The notes below the pieces were generated by a model, which worked only from the letters and a program-made list of their open reading frames with translations, was not told the origin of the DNA and ran no database searches. Position numbers and translations under genes: made by a program. Of a stretch of DNA of 64,000 nt, positions 39,677 through 48,388 are shown piece after piece. How positions within the stretch are numbered: the first letter of the stretch is position 1; each line of letters opens with the position of its first letter. This DNA is from an uncultured Actinomycetes bacterium (GTDB taxonomy: Bacteria > Actinomycetota > UBA4738 > HRBIN12), in the NCBI GenBank assembly GCA_963704725.1, contig OY969934.1:896001-960000 (forward strand), given 5' to 3'.

Positions 39677-40167
39677 CCCCGGCCCGCGCCTACGCGCTCG
39701 ACGCGATCGCTCGGACGCAGGCATGGTCCGAACCGCCACCGTCCGCCGTCGAGGAGGACCCACTCGGTGGATCCCGCGCTCGGAATCCGCCCATCGGATC
39801 GAAGACAAACGGGACGGGGATCGCCGATCGATGCGCGGAGCATCCGTGGATGGACGAGGGCTTTCGACCGCCGACGCGTCGTTCGGCGCCCTCACCACGA
39901 CCGACCACGACACCGGCGTGTCGAGCCGGGCGATCGTGATCTTCGAACGGCACCTCGCGGTCGCCGGGGCGTAACCTCTTCTGCGCACCCGGCAGTTCCC
40001 GAACGACGACCGTCGGGCCGTGCCTGTTGGGCGGTGGGGACATACCGTGCACCGCCGGGAAGCACACACCGCGGTGCAATGAGAAATCCGCCACGGGCTC
40101 GCTCCAACCCTCGTTCTCCGCGGCGTGTGTACAATCGCACCCACGCTGCGGATTGAAAGGGGCTCTC

Positions 40168-40347
40168 GTGGCGGACAAGCTGATCTGTGACTTCGAGCAC
40201 GAACGCCCGGTTCGGGCGACGGTCAAGCTAGAGGTCAAGTCGACCCGGGCCGGCAAGCCAGGCCATCCCATGATCCGCGTGACCGCTCTGTGTGCGGCGC
40301 ACGCCCGCGAGCTCCGAAAGCTGGGGCTCGAGCTCGTCGGGACGTAG
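40168..40347 (+). CDS. 59-aa basic protein with CxxxH...CxxH (putative zinc-binding)
   Basis: GAAAGGGG RBS, GTG start, upstream TACAAT (40130-40135); MADKLICDFEH...ALCAAHAREL. Confidence 0.65.
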   Translation: MADKLICDFEHERPVRATVKLEVKSTRAGKPGHPMIRVTALCAAHARELRKLGLELVGT

Positions 40348-40494
40348 CCGAGCTCGGCCCGATCCGGCGAACGGCACCCGGCCGGCCCGGCGCAGGCACG
40401 CACCGCCGATTGGGTGACGGGCGTTTGGGGGCTCCTGCCGAGGGGCCTAACCGGCCGATAACCAAAGGTGTACTCCCCGACGAAGGGAACGCCG

Positions 40495-41394
40495 ATGGCC
40501 GTGCGCCGCAATCTCAGTCGAGACCTCCGAGCGTGGTGGGCAACCCTGGCCCTGATCGGGCTGTTCGGGGCGGGCCTGGCATACGGGGTGACCTGGTATA
40601 CGCAGGGGCGCCTGGAGCGCGACGCGACGCGCGACGCCCGGAAGCTGGTGGTCGAGTCGTTCCAGCCGCTGCTGTCGACCGCCGACGTCGAGGCCCCGGT
40701 CCGGGGAGACCGGTACGACGAGCTCCTCGCCACACTGCGCGAAGGCCTGCTCTCCGGACCCATCAACGCCGTCCGGTTGTGGAGAGCGGACGGGACGGTC
40801 CTGTTCGCGGACACCCCCGCGATGGTCGGGGAGCGGGATCCCGAGATGCGGGAGGCCATCCACTCGGCCACCGCCGGCACCGCCGAGGGCTTCGTGGACG
40901 GCGATCGCTTCCGGGTCTTCGCGCCGGTCCACGTCGGCGACTCCGACGTGCTCGTCGCGGCTGAGCTCGACCGGTCCCACGCCGCGATCGTCGCAGAGGC
41001 GCGAGAGACGTGGTACCCGTGGGTCGGGCGCGGCCTGGCCGTCGCTGCGGGCTTCGCCGGTCTGTACGTGGTCACGGCCATCTTCTTCGGGATCCTCGGC
41101 GGTCTCGGCCGCCGGGCCTCCCGGAGGGAGGCCTCCGCTCCGGCCAAGCCGGCGCGTGCTCGCCGGGAGGTGCCACCGGCGCCGATCCCGAACCTTCCCC
41201 CCTACATGCAACCGGGGTTCCAGGACGAGGTCCAGGCCCGGCGGGAGGTGGAGGGAGAGCTCGAGACCGTGATGCGGGAGCGGGACTCGCTGCGGGAACG
41301 GGTTCGCCGCCTCGAGATCGAACTGGAGCGCCGGGCCGGCGGCGAGGACGACGGGGACCGCCCCGGTGAGGTCGTCCCCCTCGCCCGCCGCTGA
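40495..41394 (+). CDS. two-TM membrane sensor-like protein with a C-terminal coiled coil and no kinase domain
   Basis: TM-loop-TM; the loop resembles the sensor of kinase 3910-5748; heptad 'ELETVMRERDSLRERVRRLEIELE'. Confidence 0.75.
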   Translation: MAVRRNLSRDLRAWWATLALIGLFGAGLAYGVTWYTQGRLERDATRDARKLVVESFQPLLSTADVEAPVRGDRYDELLATLREGLLSGPINAVRLWRADGTVLFADTPAMVGERDPEMREAIHSATAGTAEGFVDGDRFRVFAPVHVGDSDVLVAAELDRSHAAIVAEARETWYPWVGRGLAVAAGFAGLYVVTAIFFGILGGLGRRASRREASAPAKPARARREVPPAPIPNLPPYMQPGFQDEVQARREVEGELETVMRERDSLRERVRRLEIELERRAGGEDDGDRPGEVVPLARR

Positions 41395-41427
41395 GGACGG
41401 GACCCCGCCCCTCGAGGCCCCGGCGCC

Positions 41428-42174
41428 TCAGCGGGGTGTCGCGTACGTCTCCAGCGCCCGGATGAACAGGTCGATCGCGAACCGGAACCGCTCCTCGTTA
41501 TCGCCGGAGAACAGGAGGTCGGCGGCCGCCCGGGTGTGGGGGAACCGATCCTCGGGCAACGACGCCACGTAGTCGCGGAACATCTTGACGATCTCGTCGG
41601 GCGGCAAATCCTCGCCCGTGGGTGAGGCCAGCCCGAGGGTCTCCTCGAACGCGTAGGCGCCCACGTACAGCCCCACGACATCGCCGAGGTACGCGATCAC
41701 GCGATCGGGGATCCCCACGGGGCGGAGCAGCTCGAAGAGCCACTCGGCCAGGAGCGCGATCGTCGGCCCGGACGGGATCCGCCCCAGTGAGATCCTCGCG
41801 CTGTCGCGGTGGCTGCCCAGAACCGACCGCATCTGATCGGCCAGGTCCCGGAGCTGGTCCTGCCACCGGGAGGGATCGGGCTCGGGCAGGGACACCTCCT
41901 CCGTGATCCGCTCGAACAGGAGCTGGAGGAGCTCGTCCTTGTTCCGGACGTGCCAGTAGAGCGAGGCCGCCCCCGTGCCGAGTTCCTCGGCGACGTGTCG
42001 CATCGACAGGCCGTCCATGCCCTCGCGGTCCAGGACCCGCAGGGCGGCCTCGATGATCGCGTCGCGGCTGAGGGGCGCGCGCGGGGCCACGTGGGATCGG
42101 TCGGGGAGCCGCCATGGCGGCTCGGGGATCGCGGCTCCGGCTGAGGCACCGGCTCCCGCCGTCTCGTCCTCCAT
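41428..42174 (-). CDS. TetR/AcrR-family regulator (TetR_C type)
   Basis: 'LSRDAIIEAALRVLDREGMDGLSMRHVAEELGTGAASLYWHVRNKDELL'. Confidence 0.95.
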   Translation of the reverse strand: MEDETAGAGASAGAAIPEPPWRLPDRSHVAPRAPLSRDAIIEAALRVLDREGMDGLSMRHVAEELGTGAASLYWHVRNKDELLQLLFERITEEVSLPEPDPSRWQDQLRDLADQMRSVLGSHRDSARISLGRIPSGPTIALLAEWLFELLRPVGIPDRVIAYLGDVVGLYVGAYAFEETLGLASPTGEDLPPDEIVKMFRDYVASLPEDRFPHTRAAADLLFSGDNEERFRFAIDLFIRALETYATPR

Positions 42175-42203
42175 CTCACCTGCACACTACCATTTCACGA
42201 TCC

Positions 42204-42283
42204 GCGTTCGAGTCTCGAACGCCGTTTGACAAAGAGGGCCGGCGGTGCGCAGAATGACGTTCGAGTACGGAACAGTGTTCGAC
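42204..42283. promoter_or_regulatory. paired TetR operators around a sigma-70 promoter
   Basis: Palindrome GCGTTCGAG-T-CTCGAACGC (42204-42222); related 26-bp copies at 42205-42230 and 42258-42283; TTGACA at 42226-42231, CAGAAT at 42250-42255. Confidence 0.7.
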
Positions 42284-42311
42284 AACAGAGACGCGTGAGA
42301 GGAGGAGATCG

Positions 42312-43286
42312 ATGACCCCGACGATCGAGGCCCGCGGGCTCGAGAAGCGGTTCGGGCGGACGCGGGCCCTGGACGGGCTGGACCTCGTGGCCGAGCCGGG
42401 CCAGGTGGTGGCGGTGCTCGGCCCGAACGGAGCGGGCAAGACCACGTTCATCCGGGCCGTGGCCACGCTGCTGCGGCCCGATTCCGGGACGCTCCGGGTG
42501 GCCGGTCGCGACGTCCGGCGCGAGCCGGCGGCGGTGCGGCGCACCATCGGCCTGGCCGGGCAGTACGCCGCCGTCGAGCCCGCGATGACGGGCCGCGAGA
42601 ACCTGGAGATGGTGGCCCGGCTGTTCGGCCAGGACCGCCGAGCAGCCAGGACCAACGCCCAGGCCGTGCTGGAGCAGCTCGGCCTGTCCGAGGCGGCCGA
42701 CCGGCTCACCCGGACCTACTCGGGCGGCATGCGGCGGAAGCTGGACCTCGGGGCGAGCCTGGTGGGGGCGCCCCGCCTCCTGCTCCTGGACGAGCCGACG
42801 ACGGGCCTCGACCCGCGGAGCCGGATCGAGCTGTGGGACGCGATCCGAGCCCTCGTCGAGCGGGGAACCGACGTCCTGCTCACCACGCAGTACCTGGACG
42901 AGGCCGACCACCTGGCGAGCCACATCGTGATCGTCGACCACGGCCGCGCGGTGGCCTCGGGGACCCCGGCCGAGCTCAAGCGCCGCATCGGGGGCAACGT
43001 GATCGAGGTCCACGTCCGCCACCGGGACGACCTGGCCACGGTGGAGGCGGCGCTCGGCGGCCTCGACCACGGCGACGCGCAGATCGACGAGGCCACCCGG
43101 CGGGTGAGCGTGGGCGTCGAGCCCGGGGGCGACTGGCTGATGCAGGCGCTGCGAACGGTCGAGGCCTCCGGCGTCGAGATCGAGGACATCGCACTGCGCC
43201 AGCCGAAGCTCGACGAGGTCTTCCTGGCCCTCACCGGACAACCGCTCGAGGACGACAGCTCGGCCTCTCAGCCCGCAGCCGGATAA
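42312..43286 (+). CDS. DrrA-family ABC exporter ATP-binding protein
   Basis: 'GPNGAGKTT', 'YSGGMRRKLDL', 'LDEPTTGLDPRSR', 'LTTQYLDEAD'. Confidence 0.93.
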   Translation: MTPTIEARGLEKRFGRTRALDGLDLVAEPGQVVAVLGPNGAGKTTFIRAVATLLRPDSGTLRVAGRDVRREPAAVRRTIGLAGQYAAVEPAMTGRENLEMVARLFGQDRRAARTNAQAVLEQLGLSEAADRLTRTYSGGMRRKLDLGASLVGAPRLLLLDEPTTGLDPRSRIELWDAIRALVERGTDVLLTTQYLDEADHLASHIVIVDHGRAVASGTPAELKRRIGGNVIEVHVRHRDDLATVEAALGGLDHGDAQIDEATRRVSVGVEPGGDWLMQALRTVEASGVEIEDIALRQPKLDEVFLALTGQPLEDDSSASQPAAG

Positions 43287-43303
43287 CAGAAAGGAGAGGT
43301 GCG

Positions 43304-44113
43304 ATGGCAACCATCGATGCGACGATCGACCGGCGCTCGGCCGGCCTGTGGGTCAGCACGTTCGCGATCGCGAAGCGTGCCGCGCTCCGGTACCTGCGGA
43401 CGCCGCAGCTCATCGTGCTCGGCACGATCCAGGGCGCGATGTTCCTGTTGATCTTCCGCTACGTGTTCGGCGGGGCGATCCGGATCGGCGGGATCGACTA
43501 CGTCGACTTCCTCGTGCCCGGGTTCGTCACGACGAGCGTCCTGTTCTCGGGGATGGGCACGGCCACGGCGGTGGCCGAGGATCTCGAGCAGGGGTTCATC
43601 GACCGGCTGCGCTCGCTGCCGATCCCACGCAGCGCCGTGCTGACCGGCCGGGTCCTCTCGGACACGGCCTGGTTGACGTGGGGTCTGGCCGTCACGATCG
43701 CGATCGGGTTCGCGGTGGGCTTCCGGATCCACGGGTCCGCGCCGGATGCGCTGGCGGCGTTCGGGCTGTGCGTGGTCTTCGGGTTCGCGTTCATCTGGCT
43801 GTTCGTCTCGCTGGGTCTGTTCGCCGGCACGGCCCAGGCTGCGCAGGGGATGGCGCTGCTCGTGTTCCCGCTCACGTTCGTCTCGAGCGCGTACGTGCCG
43901 GTCGAATCCATGCCGGGCTGGATGCAGGCGTTCGCGGAGCACCAGCCGCTGACCTACATGGTCGACGCGGTCCGGGCCCTCACGCAGGGACCGGACGCGG
44001 TCGCCCTCCTCGGCCACCCCGCGGGGTACTTCGTCACGCGGTCGTTGCTGTGGGCGGCCGGGATCGTGGTGGTGTTCGCGCCGCTTGCCGTGGCGCGCTA
44101 CCGGCGGAGCTGA
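43304..44113 (+). CDS. DrrB-family ABC-2 permease
   Basis: 'YVDFLVPG', 'GFIDRLRSLPI', 'FVSSAYVPVESMPGWMQAFA'. Confidence 0.93.
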   Translation: MATIDATIDRRSAGLWVSTFAIAKRAALRYLRTPQLIVLGTIQGAMFLLIFRYVFGGAIRIGGIDYVDFLVPGFVTTSVLFSGMGTATAVAEDLEQGFIDRLRSLPIPRSAVLTGRVLSDTAWLTWGLAVTIAIGFAVGFRIHGSAPDALAAFGLCVVFGFAFIWLFVSLGLFAGTAQAAQGMALLVFPLTFVSSAYVPVESMPGWMQAFAEHQPLTYMVDAVRALTQGPDAVALLGHPAGYFVTRSLLWAAGIVVVFAPLAVARYRRS

Positions 44114-44158
44114 CGGAGACGAGGACGGGCGGAAGGAGGAGCACGTTCCGGCGCTCGC

Positions 44159-45370
44159 TCACGTGAGCGGCAGGACGACGGCGAAGCGGGCGCCGTGGGC
44201 GAGCCGGTTCTCGGCGCTGATCCGGCCGCCGAGCGCCTCGACGATCCGCTTGGCCAGTGCCAGCCCGAGGCCGGCGCCCGGCCCGCTGCGAGCCGGGTCG
44301 GCTCGGTAGAAGGGCTCGAAGATCCGCTCGAGGTCCTCGGGCGCGATCCCCTCGCCCGTGTCCTCGACGGACACCTCGAGGTGATCGTCCCGGCACCGCG
44401 CGGCCAGGCGCACCGTGCCCTCGGCGGGCGTGTGGCGGACGGCGTTCACGAGCAGGTTCTGCAGGACGCGGGTCATGCGGGGGGAGCACGAGAGCTCGGC
44501 CGCGCCGGTCAGGTCCGCCTCGACCGTCACGCGCCTCTCCGCGCCGAGGGCCTCGACCGTGGCGACCGCCGATCGCACGATCTCGCCGAGACGGGCGCGC
44601 TTCGTCTCGCGCTCGATCGCCCCCGCGTCGAGCTGGGTGAGCTCGAACAGGTCGTCGACCATGGTCGAGAGCTGCTGGACCGACCGGCGCATCTCGGACG
44701 TGTACCGCGCCACGGTATGGGCGTCGTCCACGACGCCGTCGTCGACGGCCTCCACCATGGCGCGGAGCGAGGCGAGCGGCGTGCGAAGGTCGTGCGAGAC
44801 CGCCGTGATGAGGTCCCGCCGCATGGCCTCGGCCGCCCGCCGGTGCTCCTGCGCGCGCTGCAGCTGGTCCGCCATCTCGTCGAGGGCGCGACCGAGCGCG
44901 TCGAGCTCGGGGCCCGAGGAGACCGGCCCCACCCGCGCGTCGAGCTCGCCGCGACCGAGGGCCGCGGCCGTCCGGCCGAGCCGGGCGAACGACGGACCGA
45001 TCGTCCGGGAGAGCGAGACCGCCACCGCCGCTCCGGCGCCGAGCGAGTAGACGAGCAGGATCGCGAGCAGCTTCGCGTCGTGTCCGGAGACGATCATGTC
45101 CGTGGCCAGGGCGGCGAGGTTCGACAGGGCCACGACGAGAGCCACGATGGCGACCGACACGAGCCGGACCGGAAGGGACGTTCGCCTGAGCAGCCGGGGA
45201 GCGATCACGGCGACGAGCACGGTGACGACGCCCGCGGGCACCAGCGCGCCGGCGACGTGGAACGTCTCGCTCGCACCCATCCCGAGCGCGACGCTCGTAG
45301 CCAGGCTGGCCAGCGCCCCGCCCGCCGCGGTCGCGGCGACGACGATCCCGGTGCGAAGGAGCGGCCTCAC
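44159..45370 (-). CDS. HAMP-domain sensor histidine kinase (BaeS-like)
   Basis: 'VSHDLRTPLASL', 'NLLVNAVRHT', 'VEDTGEGI', 'GAGLGLAL'; GTGA overlap with the regulator. Confidence 0.93.
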   Translation of the reverse strand: MRPLLRTGIVVAATAAGGALASLATSVALGMGASETFHVAGALVPAGVVTVLVAVIAPRLLRRTSLPVRLVSVAIVALVVALSNLAALATDMIVSGHDAKLLAILLVYSLGAGAAVAVSLSRTIGPSFARLGRTAAALGRGELDARVGPVSSGPELDALGRALDEMADQLQRAQEHRRAAEAMRRDLITAVSHDLRTPLASLRAMVEAVDDGVVDDAHTVARYTSEMRRSVQQLSTMVDDLFELTQLDAGAIERETKRARLGEIVRSAVATVEALGAERRVTVEADLTGAAELSCSPRMTRVLQNLLVNAVRHTPAEGTVRLAARCRDDHLEVSVEDTGEGIAPEDLERIFEPFYRADPARSGPGAGLGLALAKRIVEALGGRISAENRLAHGARFAVVLPLT

Positions 45371-46056
45371 GGCTCGTACCGGTAGCCGACGCCCCACACC
45401 GTGAGCAGATGCTCCGGCCGGGACGGGACCGCCTCGATCTTCTCGCGCAGGCGCCGGACGTGGACGGTCACGGTGGAGCTGTCGCCGTCCCAGGCGAAGT
45501 CCCACACGTCCTCGAGGAGCTGCGATCGCGTGAACGTGATCCCGGGGTGAGAGGCCATGTGCAGGAGCAGGTCGAACTCCTTCCGCGTCAGGCGCACCGG
45601 CTCGCCGCCGACCCACACCTCGCGACGCTCGACGTCGATCCGGACGTTGCCGTGCTCGAGGACGGTCCCGGCGACGCCGGCCGTCCCGGCCCGGCGGAGC
45701 ACCGCCCGCACCCGGGCCACGACCTCCCGCGGCGAGAACGGCTTCGCCACGTAGTCGTCGGCTCCCCGCTCCAGACCGACGATCCGGTCGGTCTCGTCGC
45801 CGCGGGCCGTGAGCATGATCACCGGGGTCGACGCCGTCCGCCGCAGCCGGAGGAAGACCTCGTACCCGTCGAGGCGCGGCAGCATCAGATCGAGAAGCAC
45901 GAGGTCCGGCTCGACCTCGCCAAAACGGACCAGCGCCTCCTCGCCGTCGGCCGCCGTCGCCACGTCGAACCCGTCCCGCACGAGGTAGCGAGACAGGACC
46001 TCGCGGACCATCGGTTCGTCGTCGACCACCAGGACCGTAGGGCTCATCGCGTTCAT
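45367..46056 (-). CDS. OmpR/PhoB-family response regulator
   Basis: 'VLVVDDEP...LLDLMLP...GADDYVAKPFSPRE...LTRKEFDLL...TVWGVGYR'. Confidence 0.95.
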   Translation of the reverse strand: MNAMSPTVLVVDDEPMVREVLSRYLVRDGFDVATAADGEEALVRFGEVEPDLVLLDLMLPRLDGYEVFLRLRRTASTPVIMLTARGDETDRIVGLERGADDYVAKPFSPREVVARVRAVLRRAGTAGVAGTVLEHGNVRIDVERREVWVGGEPVRLTRKEFDLLLHMASHPGITFTRSQLLEDVWDFAWDGDSSTVTVHVRRLREKIEAVPSRPEHLLTVWGVGYRYEP

Positions 46057-46159
46057 CGTCGCACGCGATCGCTCACCGCGAGGGGTGGAGCACCCCATCG
46101 ATCGACACGCCCCTGCTGTGGCTCATCCCGACCTCCCTCTCCGATCGATCCCGATCCGG

Positions 46160-47716
46160 TCAGATCACCGTCACGAACACGGTGTGGAAGCCGGTCGCCC
46201 CGTCGGGGAACGGGGGCTGGACGTCGGGCGGCTGGATCTCACCCTCGCCATCGGTCGCGCGGACCTGGAGGCGATGGTCGCCGCGCGAGGCGTCCCACAT
46301 CCAGACCCATTGCCGCCACGTGTCGATCGTGTCCACCTCGGCAAGCTCGGCCACCTGCCAGGGGCCCTCGTCGACGCGGACCTCGACCCGCTCGACCCCC
46401 CGGTGCTGAGCCCACGCCACGCCGGCGACGGGGACCCGCCCCGCGCGGACGTTTCGCGAGCTGCCCGGCGTGTCGATCCGCGACTCCGTCTTGATCGGTG
46501 CCTGCTGCGCCCACTGCCGCTGGACCCAGTAGGCGCTGTACGCGTCGAAGGTCGTGAGCTCGAGGTCGACCACCCACTTCGTGGCCGAGACGTAGCCGTA
46601 GAGCCCGGGCACGATCATGCGGACCGGGAAGCCGTGATCGATCGGCAGCGGCTCGCCGTTCATGGCGACCGCGAGCATCGCGTCCCGGCCGTCCATCGCC
46701 ACCGCGGTCGGCGTGCCGGCCGTGAACCCGTCGACCGACGTCGAGACGATCTGGTCGGCGCCGGGCCTGACGCCGGCCTCCTCGAGGAGGTCCTTGAGCG
46801 GGGCACCGACCCACCGGGCGTTGCCGATGTAGCCGCCGCCGACCGGGTTCGAGACGCAGGTGAGCGTGACGTCGCGCTCGATGAGCGGGCGGTCGAGCAG
46901 CGACCGGTAGTCGAGCCGAACCTCGCGCTCGACCATCCCGTGGACGCGGAGCCTCCACTCCTCCGCCATCACCGCCGGGACGAGCAGGGCGGTGTCGACC
47001 CGGTAGAAGCGATCGTTCGGGGTGAGGAACGGGCCGAGACCCGGCACGTGCAGGTCCGCTCCGGCGACCGGGGGAACGGGGCTCGCGGGCGCGGGGACCC
47101 TCACGTCGGCCCTCGAGGCGTCGGCGCGGAACCGGCCGGTGAACAGGTTGCCCGCGGCGGCGGCGGTCGCGGCGACGACGGCGCCCGCGGCGCCCGCGAT
47201 CAGGAACCGTCGGCGGTCGAAGGCCCGGGGGGCGGCGTCACTCGGCGAGACGGCAGGGGCGAAGGCCGATCGCAGCAGCCCCAGGAGCGCGATCCCCCCG
47301 GCGACGGTGCCGGCCACGGCGGGCAGCGCGTCGACCGGCTCACCCCCCGGCCTGGTCAGCGCGGCGGCCACGCCGATCGCGCCGAACGCTGCCAACCCGG
47401 CGATCCCGACCCAGGCCCGGCGCACCGCCCACACGCCGAGCGCGAGGGCGACGACGCCGAGGACGACACCGATCCCGGCCAGCAGGACGCGCTTGTCGTT
47501 CGAGCCGAACGTGCGGATCGCCCAGCTCTTCAGCCACTCCGGCGTCGCGTCGATCGCGGCCTGGCCGACGGCGATGATCGGCGACGCTTCGGGCTCGACG
47601 AGGCCGGCGACGAGCTGCGCGACCCCGATCGCCACCCCCCCGGACAGGAGCCCGATCACGGCGCCCGTCACGGCGCGCGGTCCGGCGCCGCTACGCTCCG
47701 CCGGCGCCGATGCCAT
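46160..47716 (-). CDS. membrane-anchored sulfite-oxidase-family molybdopterin oxidoreductase
   Basis: N-terminal TMs, 'DRRRFL', 'FYRVDTAL', Mo-ligand 'TLTCVSN', 'HGFPVRMIVPGLYGYVSATKW'. Confidence 0.92.
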   Translation of the reverse strand: MASAPAERSGAGPRAVTGAVIGLLSGGVAIGVAQLVAGLVEPEASPIIAVGQAAIDATPEWLKSWAIRTFGSNDKRVLLAGIGVVLGVVALALGVWAVRRAWVGIAGLAAFGAIGVAAALTRPGGEPVDALPAVAGTVAGGIALLGLLRSAFAPAVSPSDAAPRAFDRRRFLIAGAAGAVVAATAAAAGNLFTGRFRADASRADVRVPAPASPVPPVAGADLHVPGLGPFLTPNDRFYRVDTALLVPAVMAEEWRLRVHGMVEREVRLDYRSLLDRPLIERDVTLTCVSNPVGGGYIGNARWVGAPLKDLLEEAGVRPGADQIVSTSVDGFTAGTPTAVAMDGRDAMLAVAMNGEPLPIDHGFPVRMIVPGLYGYVSATKWVVDLELTTFDAYSAYWVQRQWAQQAPIKTESRIDTPGSSRNVRAGRVPVAGVAWAQHRGVERVEVRVDEGPWQVAELAEVDTIDTWRQWVWMWDASRGDHRLQVRATDGEGEIQPPDVQPPFPDGATGFHTVFVTVI

Positions 47717-47848
47717 GGGGGCACCGCCGATCCCGTCCGTCGAGCTGGTGAGTCCTCGGCCCGTCACGCCGTCAGGGTGCACCCAAGACCTTGTGGATGT
47801 CTTACGGAGTCGTCTCCTCGGGCCTACGGTCGGGGCGATCCCCGGCGG

Positions 47849-48298
47849 TCAGGAGGCGAGGGGTTCCTCCGACCCGCCGTTCATGAGCAGCATGCCGAGG
47901 TAGGACAGGAGGATGCGGGCGCCCGCGACGTTCGTCACGACCGGCACGCCGTACAGGTCGCACACCTTGAGCAGCGCCTGGATGTCGGGCTCGTGCGGGT
48001 GCGCGGTGAGCGGGTCTCGCAGGAACACCACCGCGTCGACCTCGCCCGCGGCGATCCTGGCCGCGATCTGCAGGTCGCCGCCGTGGGGGCCGCTCGCCGC
48101 CCGCTCCACCGGCACGCCGATCTCGTCGGCGATGAGCCCGCCCGTCGTTCCCGTGCCGATCAGCCGGAGCCTGCCGAGCAGCCCGCGGTACTCGCGCGCG
48201 AGCTCGAGCATGTCCGGCTTCTTCTCGTCGTGCGCCACCAGGGCCACGACGAACGCCTCGCCGGCGGTGCGCGGCTCGAGCCTCGGGATCTCGTTCAC
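47849..48298 (-). CDS. mgsA: methylglyoxal synthase
   Basis: 'ALVAHDEKK', 'GTGTTG', 'SGPHGGDLQI', 'DPLTAHPHEPDI', 'VTN'. Confidence 0.95.
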   Translation of the reverse strand: MNEIPRLEPRTAGEAFVVALVAHDEKKPDMLELAREYRGLLGRLRLIGTGTTGGLIADEIGVPVERAASGPHGGDLQIAARIAAGEVDAVVFLRDPLTAHPHEPDIQALLKVCDLYGVPVVTNVAGARILLSYLGMLLMNGGSEEPLAS

Positions 48299-48388
48299 GC
48301 ATCGACGCTACCAACCGAGGCCGCGAAGTCCGGCCCGACGGTATGAACATCCTGTAACGACTCCGGAACCGCGCGCGGTGGAGCGGCG

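Noticed and set aside
39677-40160. ORFs 39723-39974 and 39767-40156, a structured ncRNA, or a second ECF42 promoter at 39919
   Set aside because: No recognisable motifs or codon bias, no convincing structure, and TGTCGA lacks a correctly spaced CG(A/T)C
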